NCBI GenBank assembly: GCA_022708105.1 | Contig: JAKIZI010000005.1 | Location: forward strand, 2,820 to 66,819 | Source of the DNA: Bacteroidota bacterium | GTDB lineage: Bacteria > Bacteroidota > Bacteroidia > Bacteroidales > WCHB1-69 | Length of the DNA stretch: 64,000 nt | Reading direction: 5' to 3' | Shown here: in pieces, positions 45,116 through 55,115 of the stretch | Layout: each line of letters opens with the position of its first letter | Position numbering within the stretch: the stretch's first letter is position 1 | Program-made: the position numbers and the translations under genes | The notes under the pieces: generated by a model | The model's database searches: none | What the model saw: only the letters and a program-made list of their open reading frames with translations | What the model was told of the DNA's origin: nothing

Positions 45116-46744
45116 TTAATTTATCTTTTTAAACATTCTGTTCCAGCGAATTTTATTTTCGCCCCAATTTTTAAATTTATCCACAGAAAGCCAAACAAAG
45201 AGAGTTTTACCCACAATATGATCTTCGGGAACAACACCCCAGAAACGAGAATCGGCTGAATTGTGTCGATTGTCTCCCATCATAAAAAAGTAGTCCATTT
45301 TAAATGTATAGGAAGAAGCTTCTTTTCCATTGATGTAGATAACTTTATCTTTAATTTCGAGTTTATTATGTTCATAATTCCTGATAATTTTATCGTAGAG
45401 CACAATGGTCGAATCATTGAGTTGTACCGTCTCTCCTTTTTTCGGAATAACGAATGGACCAAAATTATCTCTATTCCATTTGTAACGAGGATCATGCGGA
45501 AAAATATTGACATCATAATCCTCTTCTTCTTCATTAAAGAGTATCACTTCCTTGCCCATTTTTTCAATTTTCTGTTTCTGGTCTTTGTTGAGGCAATACA
45601 AATAAGTATAGGGGTCTACTTGCTGCATATCTTCCTCATTAATATTGAGTTCTTTGCGTTTCTTTTTGGAAAGCCCGCCTCCAATTTGATCTCTGACGAA
45701 ATAAGAGAACTGCATATTTTTCGGATTAGAAGCCATTTTTCCATTTACATAAAGTTGTCCGTTCACAATGAGAAGTTCATCCCCCGGAAGGCCAATGCAA
45801 CGTTTTACATAGTTTTCTCTTTTGTCGACTGGTCTTGCCGCTACCTTATACTCACTCCATACGGCAGCACGTCCTTTTCCCGGGTAATAATCACCGGCAT
45901 ATTTAAGATTATACCTGTTCATTTGGTCGCCGTATTTATAATACATTCGATTTCGCTCGTCGGGATTGGCATTCGGATTGAGCATGGTTTCAAACTCCCT
46001 GACTATCGCGTAATAGCTTTCACTTTGCCGTTCCAACACTACGGTATCGCCATCCGGGTAATTAAAGACCACCACATTGTTATGTTCAATCTTGTTGATG
46101 GCAGGAAATTTCATATAAGGCAACTTCACCCACTCAACGTATGATTTGGTAAACTTGGTCATGGGAAGTGTATGGTGAACGAACGGAAAGGCAATGGGCG
46201 TCATGGGCACTCTTGCTCCGTAATTCATCTTGCCTACTGCCAAATAATCCCCAACCATCAAAGAACTTTCCATCGAAGAGGTCGGAATTTTGTAAAACTC
46301 GAACAAAAACATACGGATGATATAGGCAGCTGCCACGGCAAAAATAATGGCATCTCCCCATTCTCGAGCTTTACTTTTCTTAAATTTTGGTAAATTTTCC
46401 GGCAATATAAACACTTCTTTTTGGGAAAAACCTATATAAGGTAAATATATAAAAAAGAAAAAAGTTCCGAAAATGAGCGGCAGATAACTTCTTTTTCCGT
46501 ACAAACGTATCGTTTTCCAAATCATCATATAAATCATAAAAAATGAGATGAACGGAAAAAAAATAAGCAACATCCACCAACGGGGACGGGCAATAATCGA
46601 GAGCCATACCCACATGTTGTATATCGGAATTAAACTCAACCATGGTCTTTGTCCTGCTTTTTGAAAAATGCCCCATAGTCCGACTTGAAAGCCTAAGAAA
46701 GAGATAATAAGAATGATATACACTGCTAAATTTGACAATTCCAT
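45116..46744 (-). CDS. lepB: signal peptidase I with extended N-terminal membrane domain
   Basis: 542 aa. S26 motifs IPTSSMESSLMVGDYL (Ser nucleophile), YVKRCIGLPGD (Lys) and GDNRHNSADSRFWG. Confidence 0.9.
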   Translation of the reverse strand: MELSNLAVYIILIISFLGFQVGLWGIFQKAGQRPWLSLIPIYNMWVWLSIIARPRWWMLLIFFPFISFFMIYMMIWKTIRLYGKRSYLPLIFGTFFFFIYLPYIGFSQKEVFILPENLPKFKKSKAREWGDAIIFAVAAAYIIRMFLFEFYKIPTSSMESSLMVGDYLAVGKMNYGARVPMTPIAFPFVHHTLPMTKFTKSYVEWVKLPYMKFPAINKIEHNNVVVFNYPDGDTVVLERQSESYYAIVREFETMLNPNANPDERNRMYYKYGDQMNRYNLKYAGDYYPGKGRAAVWSEYKVAARPVDKRENYVKRCIGLPGDELLIVNGQLYVNGKMASNPKNMQFSYFVRDQIGGGLSKKKRKELNINEEDMQQVDPYTYLYCLNKDQKQKIEKMGKEVILFNEEEEDYDVNIFPHDPRYKWNRDNFGPFVIPKKGETVQLNDSTIVLYDKIIRNYEHNKLEIKDKVIYINGKEASSYTFKMDYFFMMGDNRHNSADSRFWGVVPEDHIVGKTLFVWLSVDKFKNWGENKIRWNRMFKKIN

Positions 46745-46868
46745 GGTGGCTGATATTTATGTTGTAAAATTTATTTATTGGTTTAATCTAAAATGATTAA
46801 TTATTTTTAATAAACGTTCTCTTCCGAAAAAAAGTATAATCCGTCATTCGTGAAATCAGACAAAATCA

Positions 46869-47609
46869 TTATTTCAACAATTGAGGAAAAATATCTTTAA
46901 ATTCGTAAATTCCATGGTTATTCACAAGCCAAAGGGCGGCTTTTACGGCTCCATGAGCAAAACCTGTCCGATCGTGGGCATTATGTATAATTTGGATGGT
47001 ATCTTCGGGAGATTCGTATGTAACCTGATGAATCCCGGTTGTATCTCCTTCCCGATGCGCTATAATTTGAATTTGTCCGGGTTCGGGATTGGGGCTCATG
47101 GTCCATTCGGTTTTACGTTTCAATTGACCCATAATCATTTCGGCAGTAGTGATGGCCGTACCGCTGGGCGCATCTTTTTTATGAATATGATGTGTCTCTT
47201 CAATATGTACCTCATATTGATATTGATTATTCATCAATTCGGCAGCAATCTTATTGAGCATCAAAAATAAATTTGCGCCGACGCTGAAATTGGAACCATA
47301 CACAAAAGAGGCGGAATGTTGCCGGGCTTTATTCAGAATTTCCGGGAGTTGTTTGTACCAACCGGTAGTGCCCGCAACCAATGGAATTCCTGCCTCAAAA
47401 CAGTGATAAAAATTACCAATGGCTGTTTCAGGTGTAGAAAACTCAATTGCTACATCACTGTTTCGAAAAAAATCATACTTTTCCGTCCACTCTTGTTCAT
47501 TATCTATCGTCACGGAAACAACATGTCCCATTCCAAGCAGGGCTGCTTCCACCATTTTACCCATTCGACCATAACCCAAAAGTGCAATTTTATATTTCTG
47601 TTTCATCAT
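46869..47609 (-). CDS. dapB: 4-hydroxy-tetrahydrodipicolinate reductase
   Basis: 246 aa. IALLGYGRMGK Rossmann motif and EETHHIHKKDAPSGTA signature. Confidence 0.9.
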   Translation of the reverse strand: MMKQKYKIALLGYGRMGKMVEAALLGMGHVVSVTIDNEQEWTEKYDFFRNSDVAIEFSTPETAIGNFYHCFEAGIPLVAGTTGWYKQLPEILNKARQHSASFVYGSNFSVGANLFLMLNKIAAELMNNQYQYEVHIEETHHIHKKDAPSGTAITTAEMIMGQLKRKTEWTMSPNPEPGQIQIIAHREGDTTGIHQVTYESPEDTIQIIHNAHDRTGFAHGAVKAALWLVNNHGIYEFKDIFPQLLK

Positions 47610-47631
47610 TTATTCTTTCCTGTTAAAAATG

Positions 47632-47639
47632 CAAAAGTA
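47632..47639 (-). promoter_or_regulatory. putative -7 box (TAnnTTTG) for dapB
   Basis: Plus-strand CAAAAGTA equals TACTTTTG on the minus strand, 23 nt upstream of the ATG at 47609. Confidence 0.4.
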
Positions 47640-47737
47640 GCTATTTTTTTAACATTGTCAACTTCATTTTATCTATACTTTTTCGGCATTTTTGACATGT
47701 GGCAAATGAAAGAATGACCGTTTCTTCCCAATATGCA

Positions 47738-48958
47738 TTACTCATAGCGCAACGCATTAATTGGATCAAGATTGGCGGCTCGTTTGGCGGGATACCAGCC
47801 AAAAAAGATTCCAGTAGCCGCACAAACCAAAAAGGATATTAAAATAGCCCCCTCGCTGACAATAAAAGGCCAATTCAAAACCTTCGACAAACCGAAAGAG
47901 AGCAACAATCCGAGCATAATACCGATAATGCCTCCCAATAAACTAAGAATAACACTTTCTGATAAGAATTGAATTAAAATATCACGTTGTTGTGCCCCGA
48001 TGGACATTCGCAAGCCGATTTCTTTGGTACGTTCCGTCACGGTCACATACATAATATTCATAATACCGATACCGCCGACCACCAAAGAGATTGAGGCAAT
48101 GGCCGCCAACAATAGGGTTAGCATTTTGGTAATTGAGTTGATGGTTGTAAGCAACTCTTCCTGGGTGCGGATGTCAAAATCGTCCTCTGTCCCCTCTTTT
48201 ATATTGTGATTATGCCGCAAGATATAAGTAATTTCTGTGGCCGCAAGTTCGGATTCCGATTCGGATACGGCCGAAACAAAAAGCATATTAAAATAGGTAA
48301 TAGCCATAAAACGTTTTTGGACAGTTGTATAAGGAACAAACACAACGTCATCCTGATCTTGTCCCATTTGATTTTGTCCTTTACTTTTGAGTACTCCGAC
48401 CACCTTCATCGGAATGGCTCCGAAGCGAATGGTTTTACCCAGAGGATTTTCTCCATCGGGAAAGAGATTATCAACCACTGTTTTTCCGATAACACATACT
48501 TTTGAATAGCGTTTAATGTCATCCTCGGTGAACATGGCCCCATTTTCGAGTTCATACTTACGGATATCGAGATATTCCGGGTTGACTCCTTGTATGGACC
48601 CCGGATGGTTTCGTCCGCCCACGATAAGTTGGGCAGCGGTAGTAACCAATGGGGATATTTTGTCCACATACTTAGCATTTTGTCGGATAGTCTGTAAATC
48701 CTTTTTATCTAAGGAGCGGGCATTGGTTCTTCCCAAATTGACACCTCCTCTCATTTGACGGGCAGGACTCACCATAATCATATTGGAGCCCATCGAAGAG
48801 AGCTCCTCGGTAACACTAATGGTAGAACTTTGCCCCAAACTCACCATAGCAATGACCGAGGCAATTCCGATGATAATCCCCAACATTGTCAACAAAGTAC
48901 GACCTTTGTTTCGAAGCAGAGCTCTTACGGCAATTTTTATAAGATTAAATAAATTCAT
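47738..48958 (-). CDS. ABC transporter permease, MacB/FtsX-like
   Basis: 406 aa. N-terminal TM, large periplasmic domain and C-terminal FtsX-type 3-TM bundle. Confidence 0.85.
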   Translation of the reverse strand: MNLFNLIKIAVRALLRNKGRTLLTMLGIIIGIASVIAMVSLGQSSTISVTEELSSMGSNMIMVSPARQMRGGVNLGRTNARSLDKKDLQTIRQNAKYVDKISPLVTTAAQLIVGGRNHPGSIQGVNPEYLDIRKYELENGAMFTEDDIKRYSKVCVIGKTVVDNLFPDGENPLGKTIRFGAIPMKVVGVLKSKGQNQMGQDQDDVVFVPYTTVQKRFMAITYFNMLFVSAVSESESELAATEITYILRHNHNIKEGTEDDFDIRTQEELLTTINSITKMLTLLLAAIASISLVVGGIGIMNIMYVTVTERTKEIGLRMSIGAQQRDILIQFLSESVILSLLGGIIGIMLGLLLSFGLSKVLNWPFIVSEGAILISFLVCAATGIFFGWYPAKRAANLDPINALRYE

Positions 48959-48976
48959 TTTTAATGAATTAAAATA

Positions 48977-49717
48977 TTATGGTTCTTCACTAATAGGCAA
49001 CAACTCCAAAGCTTTTTTAGCAAACTGTTTCTCAATGGGTTCATCTTTGATAATATATCCGTCGCGGAGTAGAATGGTTCGGTCGGTAAAAGCTGCGATG
49101 TCGGCTTCGTGTGTCACAAAGGCAATGGTTTTTCCTTTGGCATGAAGCTCTTGAAACAAACTCATGATTTCGTAAGAGGTTCGGGTATCCAAATTCCCTG
49201 TTGCCTCATCGGCAAGCACAATAACGGGGTCATTCACCAATGCCCGCGCAATAGCGACGCGTTGTTGCTGTCCTCCGGACAATTGATTGGGCATGTGATA
49301 CATCCGAGATTCGAGCCCCACAGAAACCAAAGCTGACATAGCTCGTTCATGTCGTTCTTTTGTCGATATGGTATGATTGTACAACAAGGGCAACTCCACA
49401 TTTTCTAATGCAGTAGTACGGGCTAACAGATTATAACTTTGGAAAACAAAACCGATTTTGCGATTTCGCAGAACCGAAAGTTGATTCCGCGACTGCATGC
49501 TTACCTTAACCCCGTCAATCATATACTCCCCGGAAGTCGGCGTATCGAGACAACCGAGGATATTGAGCAAGGTGGACTTGCCGGAACCGCTAGCTCCCAT
49601 AATGCTCACAAATTCCCCTTGTCGGATGGAAAAGGAAATGCCCTTCAGGGCATGAACATTCTCAGCCCCAACTATAAATGTACGCTTTAACTCTTCTATT
49701 TTAATAATTTCGTTCAC
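48977..49717 (-). CDS. ABC transporter ATP-binding protein (MacB/LolD-type)
   Basis: Walker A GASGSGKST, signature LSGGQQQRVAIARA and Walker B VLADEATGNLD. Confidence 0.92.
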   Translation of the reverse strand: MNEIIKIEELKRTFIVGAENVHALKGISFSIRQGEFVSIMGASGSGKSTLLNILGCLDTPTSGEYMIDGVKVSMQSRNQLSVLRNRKIGFVFQSYNLLARTTALENVELPLLYNHTISTKERHERAMSALVSVGLESRMYHMPNQLSGGQQQRVAIARALVNDPVIVLADEATGNLDTRTSYEIMSLFQELHAKGKTIAFVTHEADIAAFTDRTILLRDGYIIKDEPIEKQFAKKALELLPISEEP

Positions 49718-49741
49718 CTCGGCAGTTGTATTATTTTGATT

Positions 49742-50962
49742 TTATCTTTTTTTCCTTTCAGGTGGTCCCATTTTCAATCCGGATGAAGAGGGCTCTTCTT
49801 TCATTCCTTTCTTTTCCGAGAGAGAGAGCACTACAGATTCGCCTTCTTTGATTCCACTATCAACCAACACCTTAACACCGTCATTCACGCCAATCTTAAC
49901 TGTTTTTCTTTTCAATTCATTCCCATTCTTCACCCAAATCGATTTTTTATCCACTTCTTTCAAACTATTGGTCAACTCCTCTTGGGAGACAAAATCATCC
50001 TGAACCTTTATATTTTGTTTTTGCAACTCTTTTTTCTCTTTTTCATCCGGAGTAAAATAGATTGCTTGCATAGGAATTACGATTCCATCCTGATTTTTGG
50101 TAATAATCGTCACGGCAGCCGTCATTCCCGGAAATAATTTTTCCTGCGGATTGGGGGCGTCGATGATAACGGTGTATGTAACCACATTAGAGGTTATAGT
50201 CGGTTCGAGGCGGACTTGTTTCACAATTCCGGTAAACACGTCATCAGGGAAAGCATCCACGGTAAAAGTAACTGGTTGACCTACTTTGACTCTTCCGATA
50301 TCGGCTTCATCCACATCGGCTTCTACTTGCATCTGTTTCAAATCGTTGGCTATCGTAAACAAGGTGGGCGTACTGAAAGAGGCGGCTACCGTTTGTCCTT
50401 CTTCCACCGCTTTATTCAACACTACTCCGGAAATGGGAGAATAGATTTTGGAGTAGGATAAATTTACCTGCGCTTTTTGAAGGTTAGACTTAGAGGTAGT
50501 TACCTTATTTTTCGCCTGAATCAACTGATTGGTTGCATCTTCGTAGGCCTCTTTTGTGGCAGCATTTTTTTCATACAATTGTTTCACCCGTTCATAGTTT
50601 TGGGAAACAAACTGTAGATTACTTTCGGCATCGGAAAGCGTTGCTTCCGACTGACGCACTTGTTCCAACAGGGTGGATCTATCCAATTCTGCAAGCAATT
50701 GACCTTTCGATACGGTCGCATTAAAATCGACATAAATTTTCTCTACAATTCCTGACACCTGAGTTCCCACATCAATCTTATAGACGGGCTGAATTTCTCC
50801 GGTTGCCGTTACCGTTAATTGAACACTATCTTGTACAGAAGTAGCACAAACGAGGTCAAATACCATCCCTTTCTCTTTTTTCAGAACGAGCCAACTAACT
50901 CCGAGAAGCAATAGGAGAACAACGACCACCGACCAAATAATAATTTTTTTCTTCTTTTTCAT
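49742..50962 (-). CDS. efflux transporter periplasmic adaptor subunit (HlyD/MacA family)
   Basis: 406 aa. N-terminal TM, lipoyl/coiled-coil/beta-barrel organisation, and position between the TolC-like and ABC genes. Confidence 0.85.
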   Translation of the reverse strand: MKKKKKIIIWSVVVVLLLLLGVSWLVLKKEKGMVFDLVCATSVQDSVQLTVTATGEIQPVYKIDVGTQVSGIVEKIYVDFNATVSKGQLLAELDRSTLLEQVRQSEATLSDAESNLQFVSQNYERVKQLYEKNAATKEAYEDATNQLIQAKNKVTTSKSNLQKAQVNLSYSKIYSPISGVVLNKAVEEGQTVAASFSTPTLFTIANDLKQMQVEADVDEADIGRVKVGQPVTFTVDAFPDDVFTGIVKQVRLEPTITSNVVTYTVIIDAPNPQEKLFPGMTAAVTIITKNQDGIVIPMQAIYFTPDEKEKKELQKQNIKVQDDFVSQEELTNSLKEVDKKSIWVKNGNELKRKTVKIGVNDGVKVLVDSGIKEGESVVLSLSEKKGMKEEPSSSGLKMGPPERKKR

Positions 50963-50988
50963 ATTTATAAAATTATGATATTCTTTAT

Positions 50989-52287
50989 TTACAACTTAAC
51001 AGGTACTCCCATATAAATATCCAATACTTTTCTATTCAACAGAAAAGCATATTTTGTCTGTAAAAACTCATTCAGCACATTGAGATAGTTTGTTTGTTGT
51101 TGCAAGAGTTCCACCGTGGTGATGACACCTGCTTTAAACTTTTCGTTATACGCCATATAACTTGCATGATAGGCTTTTTCTTGAATTTCCAGAACTTGAT
51201 AACTATTCAAATATTGTTTGGTTTTCAAGTACTCTTGTTCCAGTTCCCGAACTACATCCAATTCTTGTTGCAGTTTCTGGATTTCCGTTTGTTGCAATGC
51301 AATTTTAGCTTGACTCACCCGTGAGCGGGTGGCATATTGATTGAAAATCGGAATATTCAGTTGAATTCCGACATTTTCACCCAAATTTTCACCCAATTGA
51401 GTACCGTAAGGATTGGTAAAATTCAAATAAGAAGTAGATACGCCCGCTTGCATGGACAAAGAGGGATAATAATCTGATTTTGCGATTTTTACATCATATT
51501 CGGCAGCCGCTAATTGGGCATCCGCCATTTTCAGCCGCGGCAAATAGTTCAGCGTTTGTTCGAGCACCACTTTCATCTCCGGCATCTGCGGCACCGGAAT
51601 CGCCTCCGCGTTCGCCGGCTTAATCACAGATAATGTATAATCATGCGATAATGCAAGTAAATTCTTTAACGTCAACAAATTATTGGCAATGGTAATTTTG
51701 GTATTCTCAATCGTATATTGGTCAGAGGCATATTGAGCTTTCAGCAACAGATAATCACTTTCCATAATCTTCCCGACCTGATATTGAATTTCTCCTTGCT
51801 TGAGCTGCTCTTCAGATGTTTTTGCTACCTCTTCCTGATAAGCCAGTAATTCTTGATTCATCAAAACCGTTAAAAAGGCCTGAATAATTTCAATCTTCAC
51901 ATAATCCTTTTCATGCTCAATTTGCAAATCGGCATAGGTCAGATTGAGTTTACTTTGTTGAATTGCATGATATTTACTCAACCCCTTAAATAAAGACATA
52001 TTGACATTCAAACCATAAGAGCCGTTCCATGAACTGCCCCCATTCGTCGGATGATGCGAGTACCCGTAACCTTGCGACGCAGAAGCCGATACCGTCGGGG
52101 CTATCGCATTTTTCGACTGACGATAGGTAATTTCCGAAGACTCACGATTTAATTGCGCCGATTTTAGCGTCAGGTTATGCGTTTCAGCATACTGAATACA
52201 ATCTTCCAACGTAAACTCCAATACTTGCTGTGATTGCACCTCCCCCACCAAATAGATAAAAAAGAACAGAAATAATATTTTTTTCAT
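50989..52287 (-). CDS. TolC family outer membrane efflux protein
   Basis: Signal peptide MKKILFLFFFIYLVGEVQSQ and two coiled-coil/beta repeats. Start moved to ATG 52287; the ORF-track TTG at 52386 lies upstream of the -7 box. Confidence 0.85.
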   Translation of the reverse strand: MKKILFLFFFIYLVGEVQSQQVLEFTLEDCIQYAETHNLTLKSAQLNRESSEITYRQSKNAIAPTVSASASQGYGYSHHPTNGGSSWNGSYGLNVNMSLFKGLSKYHAIQQSKLNLTYADLQIEHEKDYVKIEIIQAFLTVLMNQELLAYQEEVAKTSEEQLKQGEIQYQVGKIMESDYLLLKAQYASDQYTIENTKITIANNLLTLKNLLALSHDYTLSVIKPANAEAIPVPQMPEMKVVLEQTLNYLPRLKMADAQLAAAEYDVKIAKSDYYPSLSMQAGVSTSYLNFTNPYGTQLGENLGENVGIQLNIPIFNQYATRSRVSQAKIALQQTEIQKLQQELDVVRELEQEYLKTKQYLNSYQVLEIQEKAYHASYMAYNEKFKAGVITTVELLQQQTNYLNVLNEFLQTKYAFLLNRKVLDIYMGVPVKL

Positions 52288-52334
52288 TGACCTCATTAAT
52301 AAAAAACTCAATTTTATGTATCTAAGAAAGGATA

Positions 52335-52342
52335 CAAAAATA
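52335..52342 (-). promoter_or_regulatory. putative -7 box (TAnnTTTG) for the efflux operon
   Basis: Plus-strand CAAAAATA equals TATTTTTG on the minus strand, 48 nt upstream of the ATG at 52287. Confidence 0.4.
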
Positions 52343-52528
52343 TACAAAAAAAGGTTACTATCAAATTGATTATTAAAAGATTTCAATAAACGATGTTAAA
52401 TAATCAATAAAATCTCTGTTTGATTAATTAAACATAAAATATAAAAACCGTCAATAACTCGTTTTTTAAAGATAACGGGGGCAAAATGAAACTTTTGATT
52501 CTTTTTATTGGGTGTTTTTTATTTTTTT

Positions 52529-52590
52529 GGGCGTATCGGCTTCGGATGGCAAAATCTTTGCAACTTAGCGACTTTGCGGTAATTTTTCAA
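52529..52590. repeat. GC-rich repeat copy (short form)
   Basis: GGGCGTATCGGCTTCGGATGGC...TTAGCGACTTTGCGGTAATTTTTC. Its head resembles 61017.. and its tail resembles 63790..63813 (TTAGCGGTAATATTTTTC). Confidence 0.45.
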
Positions 52591-52650
52591 CCTGAGTTCG
52601 ACTTATAAGTAAATTTATATCAATAAATTAAATAGTTAAAAGAGCTAAAA

Positions 52651-53136
52651 TTATTTATCTTTTTCGAAATAATAGAGAGAAAGTCCGAAATTGGCAACTC
52701 CTTTAACATGATCGGTGCGCATCCCCTGTCTGACTTCAAAACGATAAGTTCCCTTCATCGGAAAACGAACTTTAGGTTTAAGTAAAAACCGATTATCTTT
52801 CAGTCTGCCCATACCTTTGCCAGTCCATTTTCCATAAGGATCGCTTATAATACATCCGAGGGTATCTTGAGCCGTAAATCCGTCAGGAAATTCAGTCTTC
52901 ATAAAAACGTAGAAATTTTGGGTTTCAAAATCGACAGAATTTCTTATATTTACGTACATATTATAATACTGAAGCGTATCTTCGATTTGAATTTCATAAG
53001 TAAGTACGTCATTAATATTCCAAGTTTCATTTTCTATAGGATCAATTTTTTCATAAAAGACCTTGCTGCCGCATGCAGAGAAAAAAATTGAAAATGTAAG
53101 TGTGAGTAATAATACGACTATAACTTTTTTATTCAT
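52651..53136 (-). CDS. gldH: gliding motility lipoprotein GldH
   Basis: 161 aa. Lipobox FFSAC, then W..........YN.YVN.RN...F..QNFY........G......L.....D..GKW.GKG.G pattern as remembered for GldH. Confidence 0.6.
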   Translation of the reverse strand: MNKKVIVVLLLTLTFSIFFSACGSKVFYEKIDPIENETWNINDVLTYEIQIEDTLQYYNMYVNIRNSVDFETQNFYVFMKTEFPDGFTAQDTLGCIISDPYGKWTGKGMGRLKDNRFLLKPKVRFPMKGTYRFEVRQGMRTDHVKGVANFGLSLYYFEKDK

Positions 53137-53138
53137 CT

Positions 53139-53819
53139 TTATTTAAAAATAATAATGCGGAATTCTTCTTTTCCTTTTTTAAATTTAGCCGTCTTAGCTC
53201 TTGCAACGCAATCGGCTTGAATTTTGGAATTGGTAATGGTGGTTGGAAATTTGCTGTTACTGATTATTCTGGCTTCTATAACGTTTCCTGCTTCATTGAC
53301 ATGGACTTCAACATACACAACTCCGTTTTCATTGTCGATTTCCAAATTGGGCATATAGGTATATCCGCGAGGTCCTGTTCCATAGCCAATATTTCCGCCG
53401 CTACCACCACCTTCACCCTGTCCGAAACCGGAACCTTTGCCGGGTCCTGTTCCCGAGCCTTCGCCCCCGCCGCTGCCGGTACCGCCTCTTCCGCCTTTAT
53501 ACATGGAACGTTCATCCACTTTCGGAGTTTGAATGAGGTTTGCATTGGTTTTAGGGGTAGAATTAAGAGAAGGGGCATCTACTGCATTTTGAGTGGCCAC
53601 ATCATCTCCTGAAACCGTGCGTTGCGAGGAGTTATTTACTTGTGTGGCACCACCGCCGCCGCCACCACCCGCAGAAAGTTCTATATAAATAGCTTTTTGG
53701 GGAGGAGGAGGGGGAACTTCATATTTTAAGCCCAAGAATAACAATAACAACAACAAAATAGTCATTGATGCGGCAGTCACACCGGAAGAAATCCATTTAT
53801 TTTTCTGCTCTTTTGTCAT
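53139..53819 (-). CDS. TonB family energy transducer
   Basis: 226 aa. N-terminal TM anchor, Pro run (PPPPPQ), Gly-rich linker and a C-terminal TonB-like domain (VVYVEVHVNEAGNVIEARI). Follows exbB-exbD. Confidence 0.75.
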   Translation of the reverse strand: MTKEQKNKWISSGVTAASMTILLLLLLFLGLKYEVPPPPPQKAIYIELSAGGGGGGGATQVNNSSQRTVSGDDVATQNAVDAPSLNSTPKTNANLIQTPKVDERSMYKGGRGGTGSGGGEGSGTGPGKGSGFGQGEGGGSGGNIGYGTGPRGYTYMPNLEIDNENGVVYVEVHVNEAGNVIEARIISNSKFPTTITNSKIQADCVARAKTAKFKKGKEEFRIIIFK

Positions 53820-53821
53820 GG

Positions 53822-54259
53822 TTATTTTGCTTCGGTAGCCAATAATACTTTATATCTGTTATTCTCGTCAAATCCTTCATTTAACTGATTTAATACATCC
53901 ATCACATTAACCAACTCTTCGACGGGAACACTTTTATCTGCTCTAAGAATAATTGTTTTCTCTGTTGATTGGTCTTGGGCCGCAACACTCCTTAAGGCAT
54001 CCAATAAAAGTTCATAACTGATCGGAGCCGAATTGGGTTCAGGGTTTACATAAAATTGCTTCGCTTCATCAATATAAACTTCTATATTTCGAGAGGCCAA
54101 TTGTTTTCCGGAATCGCTTTTCGGTAATATCAGATTGATGGCATTCGGAGCCACCAAAGTTGATGTAATCATAAAGAAAATTAAAAGCAAAAAAACCAAA
54201 TCTGACATTGACGCACTACTAAACTCGGCATTCCTTTTATTTCGCAATTGTATGCTCAT
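53822..54259 (-). CDS. exbD: biopolymer transporter ExbD
   Basis: SMSDLVFLLLIFFMITS TM helix with the conserved Asp. Start set at ATG 54259. Confidence 0.85.
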   Translation of the reverse strand: MSIQLRNKRNAEFSSASMSDLVFLLLIFFMITSTLVAPNAINLILPKSDSGKQLASRNIEVYIDEAKQFYVNPEPNSAPISYELLLDALRSVAAQDQSTEKTIILRADKSVPVEELVNVMDVLNQLNEGFDENNRYKVLLATEAK

Positions 54260-54312
54260 AACCAAACTATTTAAAAATGAGAACTATTCAAAATTAACGA
54301 ATTAACTTGTTG

Positions 54313-55035
54313 TTATACAGGTTCATGCAACAAATCCATAAATTCAGTAGTTTTTGCTTCCAACACAAAAACGACATGAGACATTTTAGAAAGAAGAAGA
54401 TTGTAGAAAATATTAGCTAAAATTCCAACAATCAAACCGGCTACGGTCGTAATCATCGCTGTATAGATTCCTGAAGATAAAGTGCTAATATTCAAATTAT
54501 TCGGATCTGCCGACATGCTATGAAACGCTATAACCATTCCGACAACTGTTCCCAAGAATCCAAGCATTGGAGCTACGCCCGCAATAGTTGCCAAAAGAGA
54601 AACTCTCTTTTCCAATCGTTGAATTTCCAGTTTTCCCGTATTTTCAATAGCAGTAGCGATATCATTCAAAGGTTTCCCAATTCTGGAAATCCCTTTTTCT
54701 ATCATTCGTGCCAAAGGTGTGTCATTGCCTTTACACAGAGCTTTCGCTGACTCAATTTTTCCTTCATGAACAAAATCCCTGATATTATTCATAAAATTAC
54801 GTTCTTCTTTAGACGCTTGATTGATGGTAAGCCATCTTTCGACAAAATAGTAGATTGCAAAAATCAACATGACTATCAGTGGAATCATAATCCACAAGCT
54901 ATTCGGATCAAAAACAAGTTCGAAAATACTTAATTCTTTAACTTCCGGAGTAATGACAGGAAGGGTGGACACGGATCCGGATGCCGTATCAACAAGTCCT
55001 TGAGCAGGAGCTTGTAATAAAAAGGGAGTATTCAT
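54313..55035 (-). CDS. exbB: MotA/TolQ/ExbB proton channel family protein
   Basis: 240 aa, three TM helices, LATIAGVAPMLGFLGTVVGM motif. Confidence 0.88.
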   Translation of the reverse strand: MNTPFLLQAPAQGLVDTASGSVSTLPVITPEVKELSIFELVFDPNSLWIMIPLIVMLIFAIYYFVERWLTINQASKEERNFMNNIRDFVHEGKIESAKALCKGNDTPLARMIEKGISRIGKPLNDIATAIENTGKLEIQRLEKRVSLLATIAGVAPMLGFLGTVVGMVIAFHSMSADPNNLNISTLSSGIYTAMITTVAGLIVGILANIFYNLLLSKMSHVVFVLEAKTTEFMDLLHEPV

Positions 55036-55051
55036 AATTTATAAAATTTAT

Positions 55052-55059
55052 CAAAAATA
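55052..55059 (-). promoter_or_regulatory. putative -7 box (TAnnTTTG) for exbB-exbD-tonB-gldH
   Basis: Plus-strand CAAAAATA equals TATTTTTG on the minus strand, 17 nt upstream of the ATG at 55035. Confidence 0.4.
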
Positions 55060-55115
55060 CAATCTTGTCCTCTATCTATACTTCTGTAATAACTAATTTT
55101 TCAAACACTTTATTG

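Noticed and set aside
45263-46144. 293-aa plus-strand ORF antisense to lepB. Similar antisense ORFs occur inside sprA (e.g. 32361..32780, 39021..39518), the A2M gene (27863..28390, 30107..30589), the ImmA gene (15844..16428) and ftsZ.
   Set aside because: These are low-complexity, Phe/Ile/Asn-rich shadow ORFs fully nested in strongly supported genes on the other strand. They have no motifs or promoter boxes.
53636-53672. GGC/GCC-rich run encoding the poly-Gly tract in the TonB-like protein as a slipped-strand phase-variation tract
   Set aside because: The codons are mixed (not a pure homopolymer or a perfect short tandem repeat), and Gly/Pro-rich linkers are normal for TonB proteins.
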